Shown in pieces: positions 13,629 to 25,391 of a DNA stretch of 64,000 nt. How positions within the stretch are numbered: position 1 is the stretch's first letter; each line of letters begins with the position of its first letter. The DNA lies in the NCBI GenBank assembly GCA_951406725.2, contig OX597815.1:52762001-52826000 (forward strand). The letters are read 5' to 3'. The notes beneath the pieces were generated by a model that did not search any database, was not told the origin of the DNA, and worked only from the letters and a program-made list of their open reading frames with translations. The translations under genes and the position numbers were made by a program. This DNA is from Octopus vulgaris (lineage: Eukaryota).

Positions 13629-14279
13629 TTCCTTCTCCTCATCATTATTTATTTTTTCTCACATATTAAAGGTATATAATTTAGACAACATTATATATCT
13701 ATTTATAAAGCTTAATATACAAAATGCTGTGCCACATGTCCAACTCATTTGTTCTGTAGCTGTGATTAGAGAGATGAAAAATTAGATAGATGCATATAAT
13801 GTAGGGAAAGGTCAGCAACTGAGACGTACGTTGTGTTTTTCTTAAATACCTGAGATTTGACTCACAGTCTACACTTGGTGTTTTTTTTTCTGTGAGGTAT
13901 TTTCCTCACAAAATGAAAAATCTTAAAGTCAGATGCGTAGAATGCATGTGTTGTACGGAAGCAAACATCATCTGTCTTATCAAGTTGGGATTGTGACCAC
14001 ACCTTGAGGACTCCTAACCGTGCATTGAAGAAGTGCACGAAACACCGCTTATTCCTGATGTACCATAAGCACAGACTATAAACTAAATAAGGGAGAAAGC
14101 AATACGGATGGAAACTATGTGCATAAGGAAAGCAGATTTAGTTTATTTCCTTCTTGAGCGGCAGATGGTACTAAATTAAAGCTTTTGATTTAAATTTTGA
14201 AAAGAATTTGTATATGTGTCACCAGATGGATGATAGCCGATATTTAAAATACATAAAGGTAGTTTAGAATGCATTCATA

Positions 14280-14620
14280 GTGGGCTGAAGAAGGAAAATT
14301 GCTTCCTCATCTGTGATAGTATGAGGAGAGTTGTTGAAAATGTCTCATCAAAAAACGTTGCGAGAATGGTAATTCCTGGTAAATTGCGAACAACAGACGT
14401 TGGTATCCATAAGATCTTTAAGAATATGATGAAAATGGAACGGGGATAAATGATGGAGAAAATTATACACGGAAGAAAGCAGTATGGAAGTTCTCTCACT
14501 GGCTCTGATCTGTGAATGCCATGTTAATTCATGGAAAGAAATAAAAGCTGATATTAATGGTAAATAATTCAAGAAATCTGGAATTTCGAATGCACTGGGC
14601 GGTAAAGAAGGCGAATATTT
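14280..14620 (+). pseudogene. pogo/Tigger-type (DDE_1) transposase remnant
   Basis: Manual translation: NCFLICDSMRR...VIPGKLRTTDVGIHKIFK...SWKEIKADINGK*FKKSGISNALGGKE. This matches the pogo motifs LLvwDSf, VIPGG, DVsiNkpFK and FKKcGISNaldG. Confidence 0.7.
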
Positions 14621-14880
14621 GTAAGATATGAATTATCGGACAATGTATAACCTATAATTACGAACAGTAAGGTTGAAAGGGTTTGTACAACACTATTAAT
14701 TCTGTGGATTAGAAAGGTTAATTTGGCATGGAAGATAATGAGCTGTGTGATTTTGTAGGATTTTAATAGACTTTTGAGTTTGAAATATTTACCACATATC
14801 ACGTAGTTTCGTGTGCATAAATAAAGCTTACGAACACACTTTCATTCACTAGATATTTTGTTGTAATATTTGTAACTTTA

Positions 14881-15090
14881 AAGGCGGCGAGCTGGTACAA
14901 TCGTTACACTAAGCAAAACACCTAGCGGCATTTCGCCTGCCTTTACGTTCTGAGTTCAAATTACGCAGAGGTCAACGTTGCCTATCATCCAGATCGATAA
15001 AATATGTACCAGTTGAGTACTGGGGTCAATGTAAACGACTTCCTCCCCCCTCGAAATTGCTGGCTTTGCGCCAAAAATTAAAATCATTAT
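14881..15090 (+). mobile_element. SINE family A
   Basis: Full-length similarity to 33402-33615. Confidence 0.85.
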
Positions 15091-15212
15091 TACAGAATTC
15101 TTTAAACTGCATTGAATTTCCTAATTCGGAGCAAAAATTGGCATTTATTGGCATTTATTATGATGTGTAGGATTCATCAAGTATAGCCTGTCAATAGGTA
15201 AAATAACAAGTG

Positions 15213-15382
15213 TACTCTAGGCACAAGGCCCGAAATTTTGGGGGAGGGGGCCAGTCGATTAGATCGACCCCATTACGCAACTGGTACTTAATTTATCGAC
15301 CGTGACAGGATGAAAGGCAAAATTTACCTCGACGGAATTTGAGCTCAGAACATAAAGACAAACGAAATACCGTTAAGCATTT
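15213..15382 (-). mobile_element. SINE family A, 5'-truncated
   Basis: Reverse complement of the 3' part of the family. Further decayed copies follow at ~15460-15830. Confidence 0.8.
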
Positions 15383-16715
15383 CAAAAAGTGTAAATATTG
15401 TAAGAACTCTAGAACCATATTTAGTTGCTTTGTTTCATACTGAATAATTAAGGAGGTGGATGAGCAGTCATTAGAGTATCAGACTGAATACCACATGGTA
15501 TTAGTTCTGATTTTGAACGCATTGAGATTAAATTTCGCCGAGATCAAATCCCATCGAGATCAACATTCAACAATGCCTTTCATGTTTTCGGCGTCGACGA
15601 AAGAAATAATCAACCAAGTGGGGAAATGTAAGCAATTTTGCATGTGAACAAACAATTTTGATGGGTGGAGAAGTCGATTATCTCGACCTCAGTAAACAAT
15701 TGGTTCTTATTTTATCGACTCTGAAAGGACAAAAAGCAAAGTCGACTTCAATCTTGAATACAAAGTCTGACGCAATTCCGCTGGCATTTTTTTCGGCGTG
15801 ATAACTATTCTGCCAACTTGCCGCCTTAGTGTAGCCTTTTAATAAAGATATTTTTCTGTGTGTGGAGACAGTTCTTTGTTGTATTATTTTCGCCACACCT
15901 TGTCGTGAAACAAAGTCTAGATATGTTCACAATGGCCCCAATGAAACAATTAGAAGCACAGCACAACTCATAATGTAGGTGAATTAACACATGTACAGGT
16001 AGACAGAAATAATTGCACGTATTAACAAGAAATCATCAACTGCTTTGAAGCGTTAATTTTCCGTTATTATTAAGTAACATTTAACAAAAGTAGAATCTAG
16101 CACCTTTAACAAACTTTTTACGAATGAACTTTCCAGTGTAAATTTAGCCAATAACTTATTTGTTTGGAAGGTGGAAGATTGCCAATTTTATTACACTATT
16201 TTCATTTGTTTCAAACTATTATTGTTACTGTGTTATTTTCAGTAATTCAGAAGATTACATTATTTAACTTCGTCACTAAAACTCACAAACATGGGGTGCA
16301 CATGTGTCTGTATGTCTACCTGTTTGTGTGCGCGCGTGTGAGTGTGCAAACACACACACACACACACACACATACATGTATGTATAGTATGTATGTACAC
16401 ACTGCAGGATGACAAACAAAACCTGCCAAAGTGGAGGAACACAGGTCTGTCGATTGCCATCCAGTGGCTGGGAGTCAAAAGAGCCTTTGGTCTTTGTTTA
16501 AACATATCTCTAAGGAAAGAAAAACTCTGATGTAACACTTGCAACGTCATTTGTATGCACTGATACAGACCAGTAGTTCTCAGCCGGGGTCCATATTGCC
16601 CCTGTGGGTCTACATGAGATTCTGTTGTTAAAATTTATGTGCAATAAATTGTTTATACTTCTACAATACATGAAATATTTTGATAATTTTTTAATGCAAT
16701 TCCTAATATGTAATT

Positions 16716-17048
16716 TTACTCTTTTACTCTTTTACTTGTTTCAGTCATTTGACTGCGGCCATGATGGAGCACCGCCTTTAGTCGAGCAAATTGACCCCAG
16801 GAGTTATTCGTTGTAAGCCTAGTACTTATTCTCTTTGCCGTACTGCTAAGTTACAGGGACGTAAACACACCAGCATCGGTTGTCAAGCGATGTTGGGAGT
16901 GGGGGGCACACAATAACGGACACACAAACACACACACACACACACACATATATACATATACATATATACGACGGGCTTCTTTCAGTTTCCGTCTACCAAA
17001 TCCACTCACAAGGCTTTGGTCGACCCGAGGCTATAGTAGAAGACACTT
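16716..17048 (-). mobile_element. SINE family B
   Basis: Reverse complement of 24454-24796, including the internal microsatellite. Confidence 0.85.
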
Positions 17049-17273
17049 CTATCGGTCTCTTGCTGAACCGCTAGTTTACGGGAACATAAACACACCAACA
17101 CCGGTTGTCAGGCGGTGACATGAATATATAATGCATACATACATACACACAACACACACACACACACATATATAATATATATTCTTATATGAGAAAAAGA
17201 AATGCAGAAACTAATATATAGACATCTATTTATTTGAACAAAATCCATTCAGTATAATTTCAAATTCTTTACA

Positions 17274-17378
17274 CCTACAGCTGTTTCCATATCCAATTAA
17301 TTCAATTTGAGGAATAACGTTAAATTAATTAATTTAAATTCACATTTTGAATATCGTAAATTGGGTATTTCGTCAGGG
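17274..17378 (-). ncRNA. Type I hammerhead ribozyme with long stem II
   Basis: Minus strand: cc CTGACGA aatacccaat...attggatatg GAAA CAGCTG TA gg. Confidence 0.8.
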
Positions 17379-17423
17379 GAGAGAATTTGTTAGAAAGAAG
17401 CTACATTCCAACCTGTTGGTTGA

Positions 17424-17717
17424 CATAAAAAATGCATCTCGAATCACATTTACACCGTTAATAATAGAAACAAATCATCTTGTACCAGCCTAAGTAAATT
17501 TATTTAGGAATTAAAAGACAAGAATAAAAGCTTCTCTGCAGAGTGGGAGATTGTAAGCAAGGTTAGTGCCTATAAAGTTGGAAACCCCTTTTGTTTTCTC
17601 TGTACAGAGGAACATTTTCAAATCTTATATTCAAGGTTTCGGCACCTGAATGAGAGGAGGGAGACTGGTTTTTCTTGTGTTCACGTCCATAAATATGTTT
17701 TCAGAAATTACCATTAG
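17424..17717 (+). pseudogene. C-terminal part of a PLE GIY-YIG endonuclease
   Basis: ISNHIYTVNNRNKSSCTSLSKFI*ELKDKNKSFSAEWEIVSKVSAYKVGNPFCFLCTEEHFQIL...LNERRETGFSCVH, with the W-x-I, CxLCxxE and LNxRxE...CxH pattern. Confidence 0.75.
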
Positions 17718-18180
17718 ATGTAATTTAAAGAATAAATTAGGTATAATTGTAGGGTTGCTGGAACTTGAATCAGGCGGTATCTCATGATTAAGATGCCTAC
17801 ATCGCTAACAAAAACAATTAAATAACTCTTAATAGATATCGTATTAATATCAATGATTAATTGGTTAATATGAATATAAGTTTTTACGTACAGGCAACAG
17901 TAGTATATATTATATATAGTTCACCGAAACTTTAGTTTAGGCACGCACCTCGAGAATATATGATTACTAGCTTATGAATGGTTAATTAATTTAAGTTAGA
18001 GATACAATGTAGAAATTAAATATTGCTTTTAACATTATTAATTTCTTAATTTGATTTGTTAATATTTATTTTTTTCCTCGATTAGATCGTTCATTTCTTT
18101 TCTCACTGTTGTGCACTAATATCGATGACGCATTATTCAACTATGGTAATCAGTAAGCAGTTTCGTAGCTTTCAAGACTT

Positions 18181-18276
<96 letters not shown>

Positions 18277-18395
18277 GCATAAAATAGTAACGTTTTTTCT
18301 TACAAAAAATACACCTGTTGCTAAAACATACATATCTGAGTCTATCAAAGGTCAACCAACACATTGGAATGTAGCTCCTTTCTAACAAATCTCTC

Positions 18396-18496
18396 CCCTG
18401 ACGAAATACCCAATTTACAATATCCAATATGAAAATTTAGATTAATTTAATTTAATTCCTTAAATTGAATTGATTGGGTATGGAAACAGTTGTAGG
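18396..18496 (+). ncRNA. Type I hammerhead ribozyme with long stem II
   Basis: cc CTGACGA a-atacccaat...attgggtat-g GAAA CAGTTG TA gg. Confidence 0.8.
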
Positions 18497-19296
18497 TGTA
18501 AAGAATTTGAAATTATACTAAATGGAATTTATCCAAATAAATTGAATGTCTGTATATTAATTTCTGCATTTCCTTTTTCTCATATAAGAATATTTATATA
18601 CACCTATCCATCTATGTGAAACTACCATCTTTGGATTTTCACTGAAGCACTGGATATAACCGACGAACTTGGATGGTAACATCCTTTTAAGAGGATTTGT
18701 TATTCTTGATGTAATTAGATATGTGTGCGTGTGCGCGTGCGTGTGTGTGTATACGACGAGCTTCTTTCAGTTTCCGTCTATCAAATTCACTCAAGGCTTT
18801 GGTCGGCTCAAAAAATTATAGAAAAAACTTACCCAAAAAGTTTCCACAGGTGCCACGTAGTAAAAATATAACCCAGAACCATGAGGTTGCGCAAAGCAAG
18901 CTTCTTGGGACATAACACAGTGTCTGCGCCTAGTGTCGTATCCGTTTTCTTTGAATGTCTAGGGACCAACAACGAACAGAAATTTAGTCACATGTGGGCA
19001 AAAAATGGTTGAAAAGCTACTACATATAGACAAATTTCTGTTCTTTTTGGTCCCCTAAAGAAATTTAGTCACATGCATTGCTTGCACATGCAAATTTAGA
19101 GAATCATGCTTACTGTGTTATGTCCCAAGAAAGGATTTTTTATAAGGCTTTTATATATTTTTATATATTTTTATGTATTTTTATATAATTTTATATGACG
19201 AAAAAGGCCGGCCGTATCCGAAGAAAGGCAAAACAGAGTTATAACAGAGTAATTTCCATGATTTTTAACGGTATTTTTTCATGAACGTTTTCAAAT

Positions 19297-19362
19297 GGGT
19301 GAAACCTGAAGCAAGATGGTGTTGTGGATTTCCACTCGGCATCTGAACTCAGAGTTTTATCT
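19297..19362 (+). ncRNA. Degenerate hammerhead-like motif in a probable pLTR fragment
   Basis: CTGAAGC a-agatg..gtgga/tccac..catct GAA CTCAGAG TT. The topology and position (~100 bp before a TA tract) fit, but the core is imperfect. Confidence 0.3.
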
Positions 19363-19458
19363 GTGCCAGTAATGTAACATATTGTATAGATAAATTTCCT
19401 CTATTTACATAATATTGAGGTCTCTTTCTTTCTTTTGTTATCATTAAGCGTTTCGTAT

Positions 19459-19534
<76 letters not shown>

Positions 19535-19789
19535 TATATGAGTATGTGTGCGTGTGTATGTGTAGATAGACAAAGAAAGATACATACTTGCATACATATA
19601 CATGTGTGTGTAGAAGCAACCATTTTTGGAAAATTACGTAAACATTTTTGTAGTTTCCCAAGGCGGTGAATACTTGAGATTCTTACAGAATTCTGATTAT
19701 ATGCTTTAGAAAAAAAAAAAAACTAGTGTCAATCAGAATTGCACGCGCTAAGATTTGAAATCAATGCCATTTTCCTTCTGAAAACCATG

Positions 19790-19864
<75 letters not shown>

Positions 19865-19870
19865 TTAATT

Positions 19871-19902
<32 letters not shown>

Positions 19903-20004
19903 TTTTTCTTTCTTTTATTTTCACAAACTACTTTTTTCCACTCTTCTTTCTCATCCTGCTGAAAAACTTACATAAATCGAAAAGCTAAAATTTCTTTACT
20001 AGCA

Positions 20005-20094
<90 letters not shown>

Positions 20095-21049
20095 CACTCA
20101 TAAATTCATTCTCACTTCTACAAGCAAGTTTACACATACACTCCTCACATATATACAAATCACTTTTGCTTACATTTACAACTCGACACCAAAATATAAT
20201 GATAACTCTAAAAAGAAATCTGTTATAATGCAATCACACGAGGTTGCAAATATTTCATGGAACTAGGTGTAGTTTTATTCATTTAACATTTTCCAAAAGC
20301 TTATTGGTCAAATGATAGAATAGATCATCTCAGTCACGTAATGGCTACATAAACAGTACTCAAAAGATGTTCTGCTTTTCTCTCTTGTACCGAAATCGGT
20401 CAGATTAAGGAGTATGTGGAGAGGTCATTTTCAACACTTAGTCTACATATGAATGTTACCTTTCACCGTGTGAATTAGCATCCTCATTCAGACCAGTACT
20501 TTATGAACATTCGGAAGTAAACCCATCCTACTTAAACGTATTAGACATTGAATTAGCGCGTGCCTTGGGTTGGTAGAGGTCAGCGTTCAGCGTTCTGCTG
20601 ACACGAAGTAAAAGATAACAATCAACAATATATATACTACATCACGATTACTTACCTTTTTGCCATACACTTTCTCTTTCCCACTGCTCACTCCGCAATC
20701 TTTTGAATTATCTTCATAAGCAGTAGCATTCTACGATCTTTTGAATTATCGTTATAAACAGTACTGTAAAAATCCCTTTGAAATAATCTACCTTACTTTT
20801 TGAACTTCCTCCCTTAACTTTTCCTTTATATTCTTTTATATTGTTCTCTTCAGGCGCCGAGCCTTTATTTCTCTCTTTTATATCATCTTCATAAATGCTC
20901 CCTTTCCTTGTCTCTTTTATAATGTTCCTTTTGGAAATAGTTCCTTCTCTTGTTTTCCTTACTAGCACTCATTCTGTCTCTCTTACGTCTCATTTATAAC
21001 TAATAACATCCCTGTCTTTCGCAAACGTTACATTTATTATATTTTTCAA

Positions 21050-22495
21050 CTACATAGTAATATCTCACTCTCATTCACACTACAGAATATCAACAGGTGG
21101 ACACCAATGGGCCTAAATTTGAACTAAGTCAAAAAGAAGCAAATAAAATGCAAAAGATGCGTCGAAATTGGCAAATTTAGACACTTCATCCCTTTCTTCA
21201 AAATAAATCATGGCTGAAGGATCATCGCAGAACGACCTAATCCTAAAAAGCTATAGTTTCCATAGGTCTTTGGCAAAAATTAAATGGAAAAATAGGAGTT
21301 TATTCGTACTTGTTAAGCCACATCTTCAGAATAATGAAAGAAGCTGACAACAGTGTTCTGCTGAAAATCACAAAGATCAACCTGACAACATTGAGAAAGC
21401 AAATTCAAACACTACTCATCCCGAAAACAGCACTGAAAGCAGCAATGGCAGGAATGAAAACAGTCAAAATAGAAATGCAAATAAATATCAGAGATCGGGA
21501 AATAGGTGGAGCAGCCAGATTGAGTAGGCAGCTGAAGGATGATGAAAAGTGCTGACATCCTCAAGCCCAACATTAGAGACAAAAACAAAAACAGGGACTT
21601 GAGATATCAAAGGGTGAAACATACAAAGACAAGGACGGGAACTGACAGAGCCCAGGTTGTCTGTAAATTCTATACAAATAGTATCTGCTGGCTTGAAGAA
21701 AATGGAACAAACTGCAACTTTGCCTATTCTAAGCCTTATCAGCATAACTAACATAGTAATCACCCACACTAAACCAGCAGGAACCCAGAAGAGGAAAAAT
21801 ACCATACGTGGATCTGCGGACTCATATTACACAAACAAGGAAAACAGATTTCTTAAGAAAATACATCAGTACATACCCTCTGCTCCCCTCAAAAGGCATT
21901 GTGCAGAGGCTGTGCGCCTACAGTTACCGAGCAGCTATAGGATTGGCTATAGGATAATCCTTAAAATCCCCCCACCTCACTCTATCTTCCTCTCTATTTT
22001 TTTTTCTTTCCTTTACTTTTACCACTTAATAGCCACCTCCGCTACCATTCCGTTATTGAACGTTGATATGTTCGCGTCTTTTTCATGGGATGTCTACTAT
22101 ATGAAGATTTTAAACCACGTGGATATGCGCAGGATTGCACCTAAAGACTTACGCTCATGGATCTACGTAGGATTGCACCTAAGGGCTCATGCTCTGGTTT
22201 CTATAACTTCGGGAAGTTGAACTATGAACTTTTATGCTTCTTTTTTCTCCCTCTTTCCATCTCTTTATTCTTTTACTCTCTTCTTCAATGTTTTGTCATC
22301 TTAATATGGCTTGATATATTATCCATTTTCATTTTCCATACTCCTCCCCCACAATATGCCTCTGATGACGGAAAATCCCATACTCGAGAATAGCCCAGAA
22401 ACAGCTGTAAGATCTTGAATTTCTTCTTATAATAATATTGTATATCACTTAAGATGTTTGCCTTGCCTTAATGTTTAACGTCCTGTTTAACAATT
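21050..22495 (+). mobile_element. Probable PLE-derived non-autonomous element (decayed coding-like 5' region, HHR-bearing 3' end)
   Basis: An A-rich coding-like region is followed by a pyrimidine-rich UTR, an HHR at 22362 and a (CA)n tract. No RT motifs were found, and the left boundary is uncertain. Confidence 0.4.
22359..22412 (+). ncRNA. Type I hammerhead ribozyme (stems partly decayed)
   Basis: ct CTGATGA cgg...cca GAAA CAGCTG TA ag. Confidence 0.7.
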
Positions 22496-22533
<38 letters not shown>

Positions 22534-22544
22534 CACATGCATTT

Positions 22545-22750
22545 GTGTGTGTCTGTTTGTCACCCAGCACCGCTTGACAACCGACGTTGGTATATTTACG
22601 TCCACGTAACTTAACGTTTCGGCAAATGAAACCAATAGAATAAGTAACCAGGATTTAAAAATGAAAAAAAGTACTGTAGACGATTCATTCGACTAAAACT
22701 CGATGTGGTGCTCCAGCGTGGCCGCAGTTTAATGACTGAAGCGAGTAAAA
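22545..22750 (+). mobile_element. SINE family B, 3' half
   Basis: Matches 24600-24796. Confidence 0.75.
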
Positions 22751-23380
22751 CATCACATACTACAATGTAAAAGGACAAAAATATGGGTGATAGCATTACG
22801 TTATGTTTGAAAAATGAATGAGAGTTATGACATTGGAACGAACGGAAAATGCACAAGATATCGGTGTACTCATTCCTCGTCAGTTATCGTCCCGAAAATC
22901 GTTAGAACTTCACACTCAAACACGCTTTTGGGCATATTTGTATACAATAGTCTTATTTTTTTCACTTATTTGACAGCAGCCACACAGAAGGTCACTATCG
23001 CAAAGTTTTCTTTTTAGCCGATAAGATTTGAGGCCAGAACGTTTTCCATCGGTCTGTTTATATATATATTTTTTATTTCTTCGAAGCACAAAACAACATG
23101 AACGTAAATAGAAACCTACTCTAGTTTTCAAGCATTAAGAGAGAAACACAAACACGCATGCGTGCGTGCACACACACACACTTACACACGTGTGTGCATA
23201 CACTTGGTACGCAACATATCGACATACATACGAATGAAAAACAACAAAACGAGGGTGTTATTAGAAAATTTGTAATAGCACGCATATTTTAAATGTATAA
23301 TAAATATTAAAACAGTTATATATGTATACAAAATGAAATCATATGCATCTAGGTGATATCATCTATCTGCTATATCAAGC

Positions 23381-23411
<31 letters not shown>

Positions 23412-23614
23412 GCAATAATAATTCTCTAAAAGAGATATAGACAGTAACTGCTCGACAACATAAGGGACTAAAGCCATCTGAATATGGCTAGGGACAGGGC
23501 AGGGTGGTGGGGGTGTTACTGTTGCATTTAGCCCCAGGCGAACATCGACGTCACCAGAAAGGCCCGACACCGTCACGGTGTCCTTTAACCTGCAAAGGGA
23601 GGTAATTCCCCGAT

Positions 23615-23688
23615 GAAGCGGAAACCACACACGGACCATGGTTTCAAGGTGTATTGCCTATCGTCGGCGTGTGGTAGGCTTCCGCTTC
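23615..23688 (-). ncRNA. Type I hammerhead ribozyme, CCGACGA (U4C) core, extended stem I
   Basis: Reverse complement of 24135-24208. Confidence 0.85.
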
Positions 23689-24134
23689 CTCGACGAATTC
23701 TCACTCTGCAGGATATTCATATATAGATTTTCAAGCAAAATACATTTGCTGATTTCGAAAATCTGTTCGAAAGCAATAATAATTATCTAAAAGAGATATA
23801 GACAGTAACTGCTCGACAACATAAGGGACTAAAGCCATCTGAATATGGCTAGGGACAGGGCAGGGTGGTGGGGGTGTTACTGTTGCATTTAGCCCCAGGC
23901 GAACATCGACGTCACCAGAAAGGCCCGACACCGTCACGGTGTCCTTTAACCTGCAAACCCTGCCCTGTCCCTAGCCATATTCAGATGGCTTTAGTCCCTT
24001 ATGTTGTCGAGCAGTTACTGTCTATATCTCTTTTAGAGAATTATTATTGCTTTCGAACAGATTTTCGAAATCAGCAAATGTATTTTGCTTGAAAATCTAT
24101 ATATGAATATCCTGCAGAGTGAGAATTCGTCGAG

Positions 24135-24208
24135 GAAGCGGAAGCCTACCACACGCCGACGATAGGCAATACACCTTGAAACCATGGTCCGTGTGTGGTT
24201 TCCGCTTC
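24135..24208 (+). ncRNA. Type I hammerhead ribozyme, CCGACGA (U4C) core, extended stem I
   Basis: gaagcggaagcc-tac-cacacg CCGACGA t-agg-caataca-cct-t GAAA CCATGG TC cgtgtg-t-ggtttccgcttc. Predicted cleavage is after GUC at 24189. Confidence 0.85.
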
Positions 24209-24363
24209 ATCGGGGATTACCTCCCTTTGCAGGTTAAAGGACACCGTGACGGTGTCGGGCCTTTCTGGTGACGTCGATGTTCGCCTGGGGCTAAATGCAA
24301 CAGTAACACCCCCACCACCCTGCCCTGTCCCTAGCCATATTCAGATGGCTTTAGTCCCTTATG

Positions 24364-24453
<90 letters not shown>

Positions 24454-24456
<3 letters not shown>

Positions 24457-24796
24457 AGTGGCTGTGTGGTAAGTATCTTGCTTACCAACCACATGGTTCC
24501 GGGTTCAGTCCCACTGCGTGGTACCTTGGGCAAGTGTCTTCTACTATAGCCTCGGGTCGACCAAAGCATGTCGTATATATGTATATTATATATTTGTGTG
24601 TGTCTGTGTTTGTCCCCCAACATCGCTTGACAACCGATGCTGGTGTGTTTACGTCTCCGTAACTTAGCGGTTCGGTAAAAGAGGCCGATAGAATATGTAC
24701 TAGGCTTAGAAAGAATAAGTCGTGGGGTCGATTTGCTCGACTAAAGGCGGTGCTCCAGCATGGCCACAGTCAAATGACTATAACAAGTAAAAGAGA
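24454..24796 (+). mobile_element. SINE family B (tRNA-derived head, internal TA/TG tract)
   Basis: A-box-like tggctgtgtggt and B-box-like ggttcagtcc. Multiple related copies occur in the window. Confidence 0.9.
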
Positions 24797-24872
24797 AAAT
24801 ATATATATATATAATTTTGTGCGTGTGAGTGTATATATATATATATATATATATATACTCACACACACAAAA

Positions 24873-24903
<31 letters not shown>

Positions 24904-25281
24904 CTCTTTTACTTGTTACAGTCATAAGTGTATGTGTTTGTGTGTGTATATATATATAATATGAATGTATGTATGCACTTATTACATATATAAAGGAGTA
25001 TTATATAATACACTTAACTTATAATATTGTACACATTGTTAATATGTAATATATAAAAATATAGTGTGTGTGTGTCTGTATGTTCGAAACAAAATCGAAA
25101 CCACATGTCAGCTGAACAAGGGAAGGAACACATGTTGATTCTCTAACTGATGTCGCTGCATTGGTCAAAGCTTGGATGAACTGAAATGATACTGTCACAC
25201 AGGCACGCTCGCACACACATACACGCACAGTTACATGCATACATAAACTCATCGATATACATATATCGATATACATATATC

Positions 25282-25358
<77 letters not shown>

Positions 25359-25391
25359 CTTGTGTGAAGATATGATGCAAATCGGTTTATA

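Larger units (their letters stand above)
17178..18597 (+). mobile_element. Truncated PLE with inverted pseudo-LTR
   Basis: 17178-17423 is an inverted copy of 18351-18597. Both arms contain an HHR, and a GIY-YIG C-terminus lies between them. Confidence 0.85.
17049..18930 (-). mobile_element. SINE family B copy split by a PLE insertion (halves at ~17049-17120 and ~18750-18930)
   Basis: The two halves are collinear with the intact SINE on either side of its internal CA/TA tract. Confidence 0.65.
16571..19023. mobile_element. hAT (Charlie-type) non-autonomous element expanded by nested insertions
   Basis: Left end CAGTAGTTCTCAGCC, right end GGTTGAAAAGCTACT. The flanking 8-mers ATACAGAC (16563-16570) and ATATAGAC (19024-19031) match 7/8, consistent with an 8-bp hAT TSD. 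Confidence 0.6.
23411..24365. mobile_element. Retrozyme-like element: ~360-bp HHR-containing non-coding unit in tandem and inverted arrangement
   Basis: 23411-23957 is ~1.5 units (period 361: agcaataataat at 23411 and 23772). 23957-24365 is ~1.1 units in the opposite orientation (period 360: ccctgccctgtcc at 23958 and 24318). Copies are nearly identical, and both outer ends abut (TA)n. Confidence 0.8.

Noticed and set aside
23411-24365. CRISPR-like or satellite interpretation of the repeat
   Set aside because: There is no repeat-spacer alternation, only ~2.6 units with an inversion, in a eukaryotic context.
23370-24455. Repeated ORFs containing TVTPPPPCPVPSHIQMALVPYVV
   Set aside because: They are by-products of the repeated 360-bp unit, with inconsistent starts and ends and no recognisable domain.
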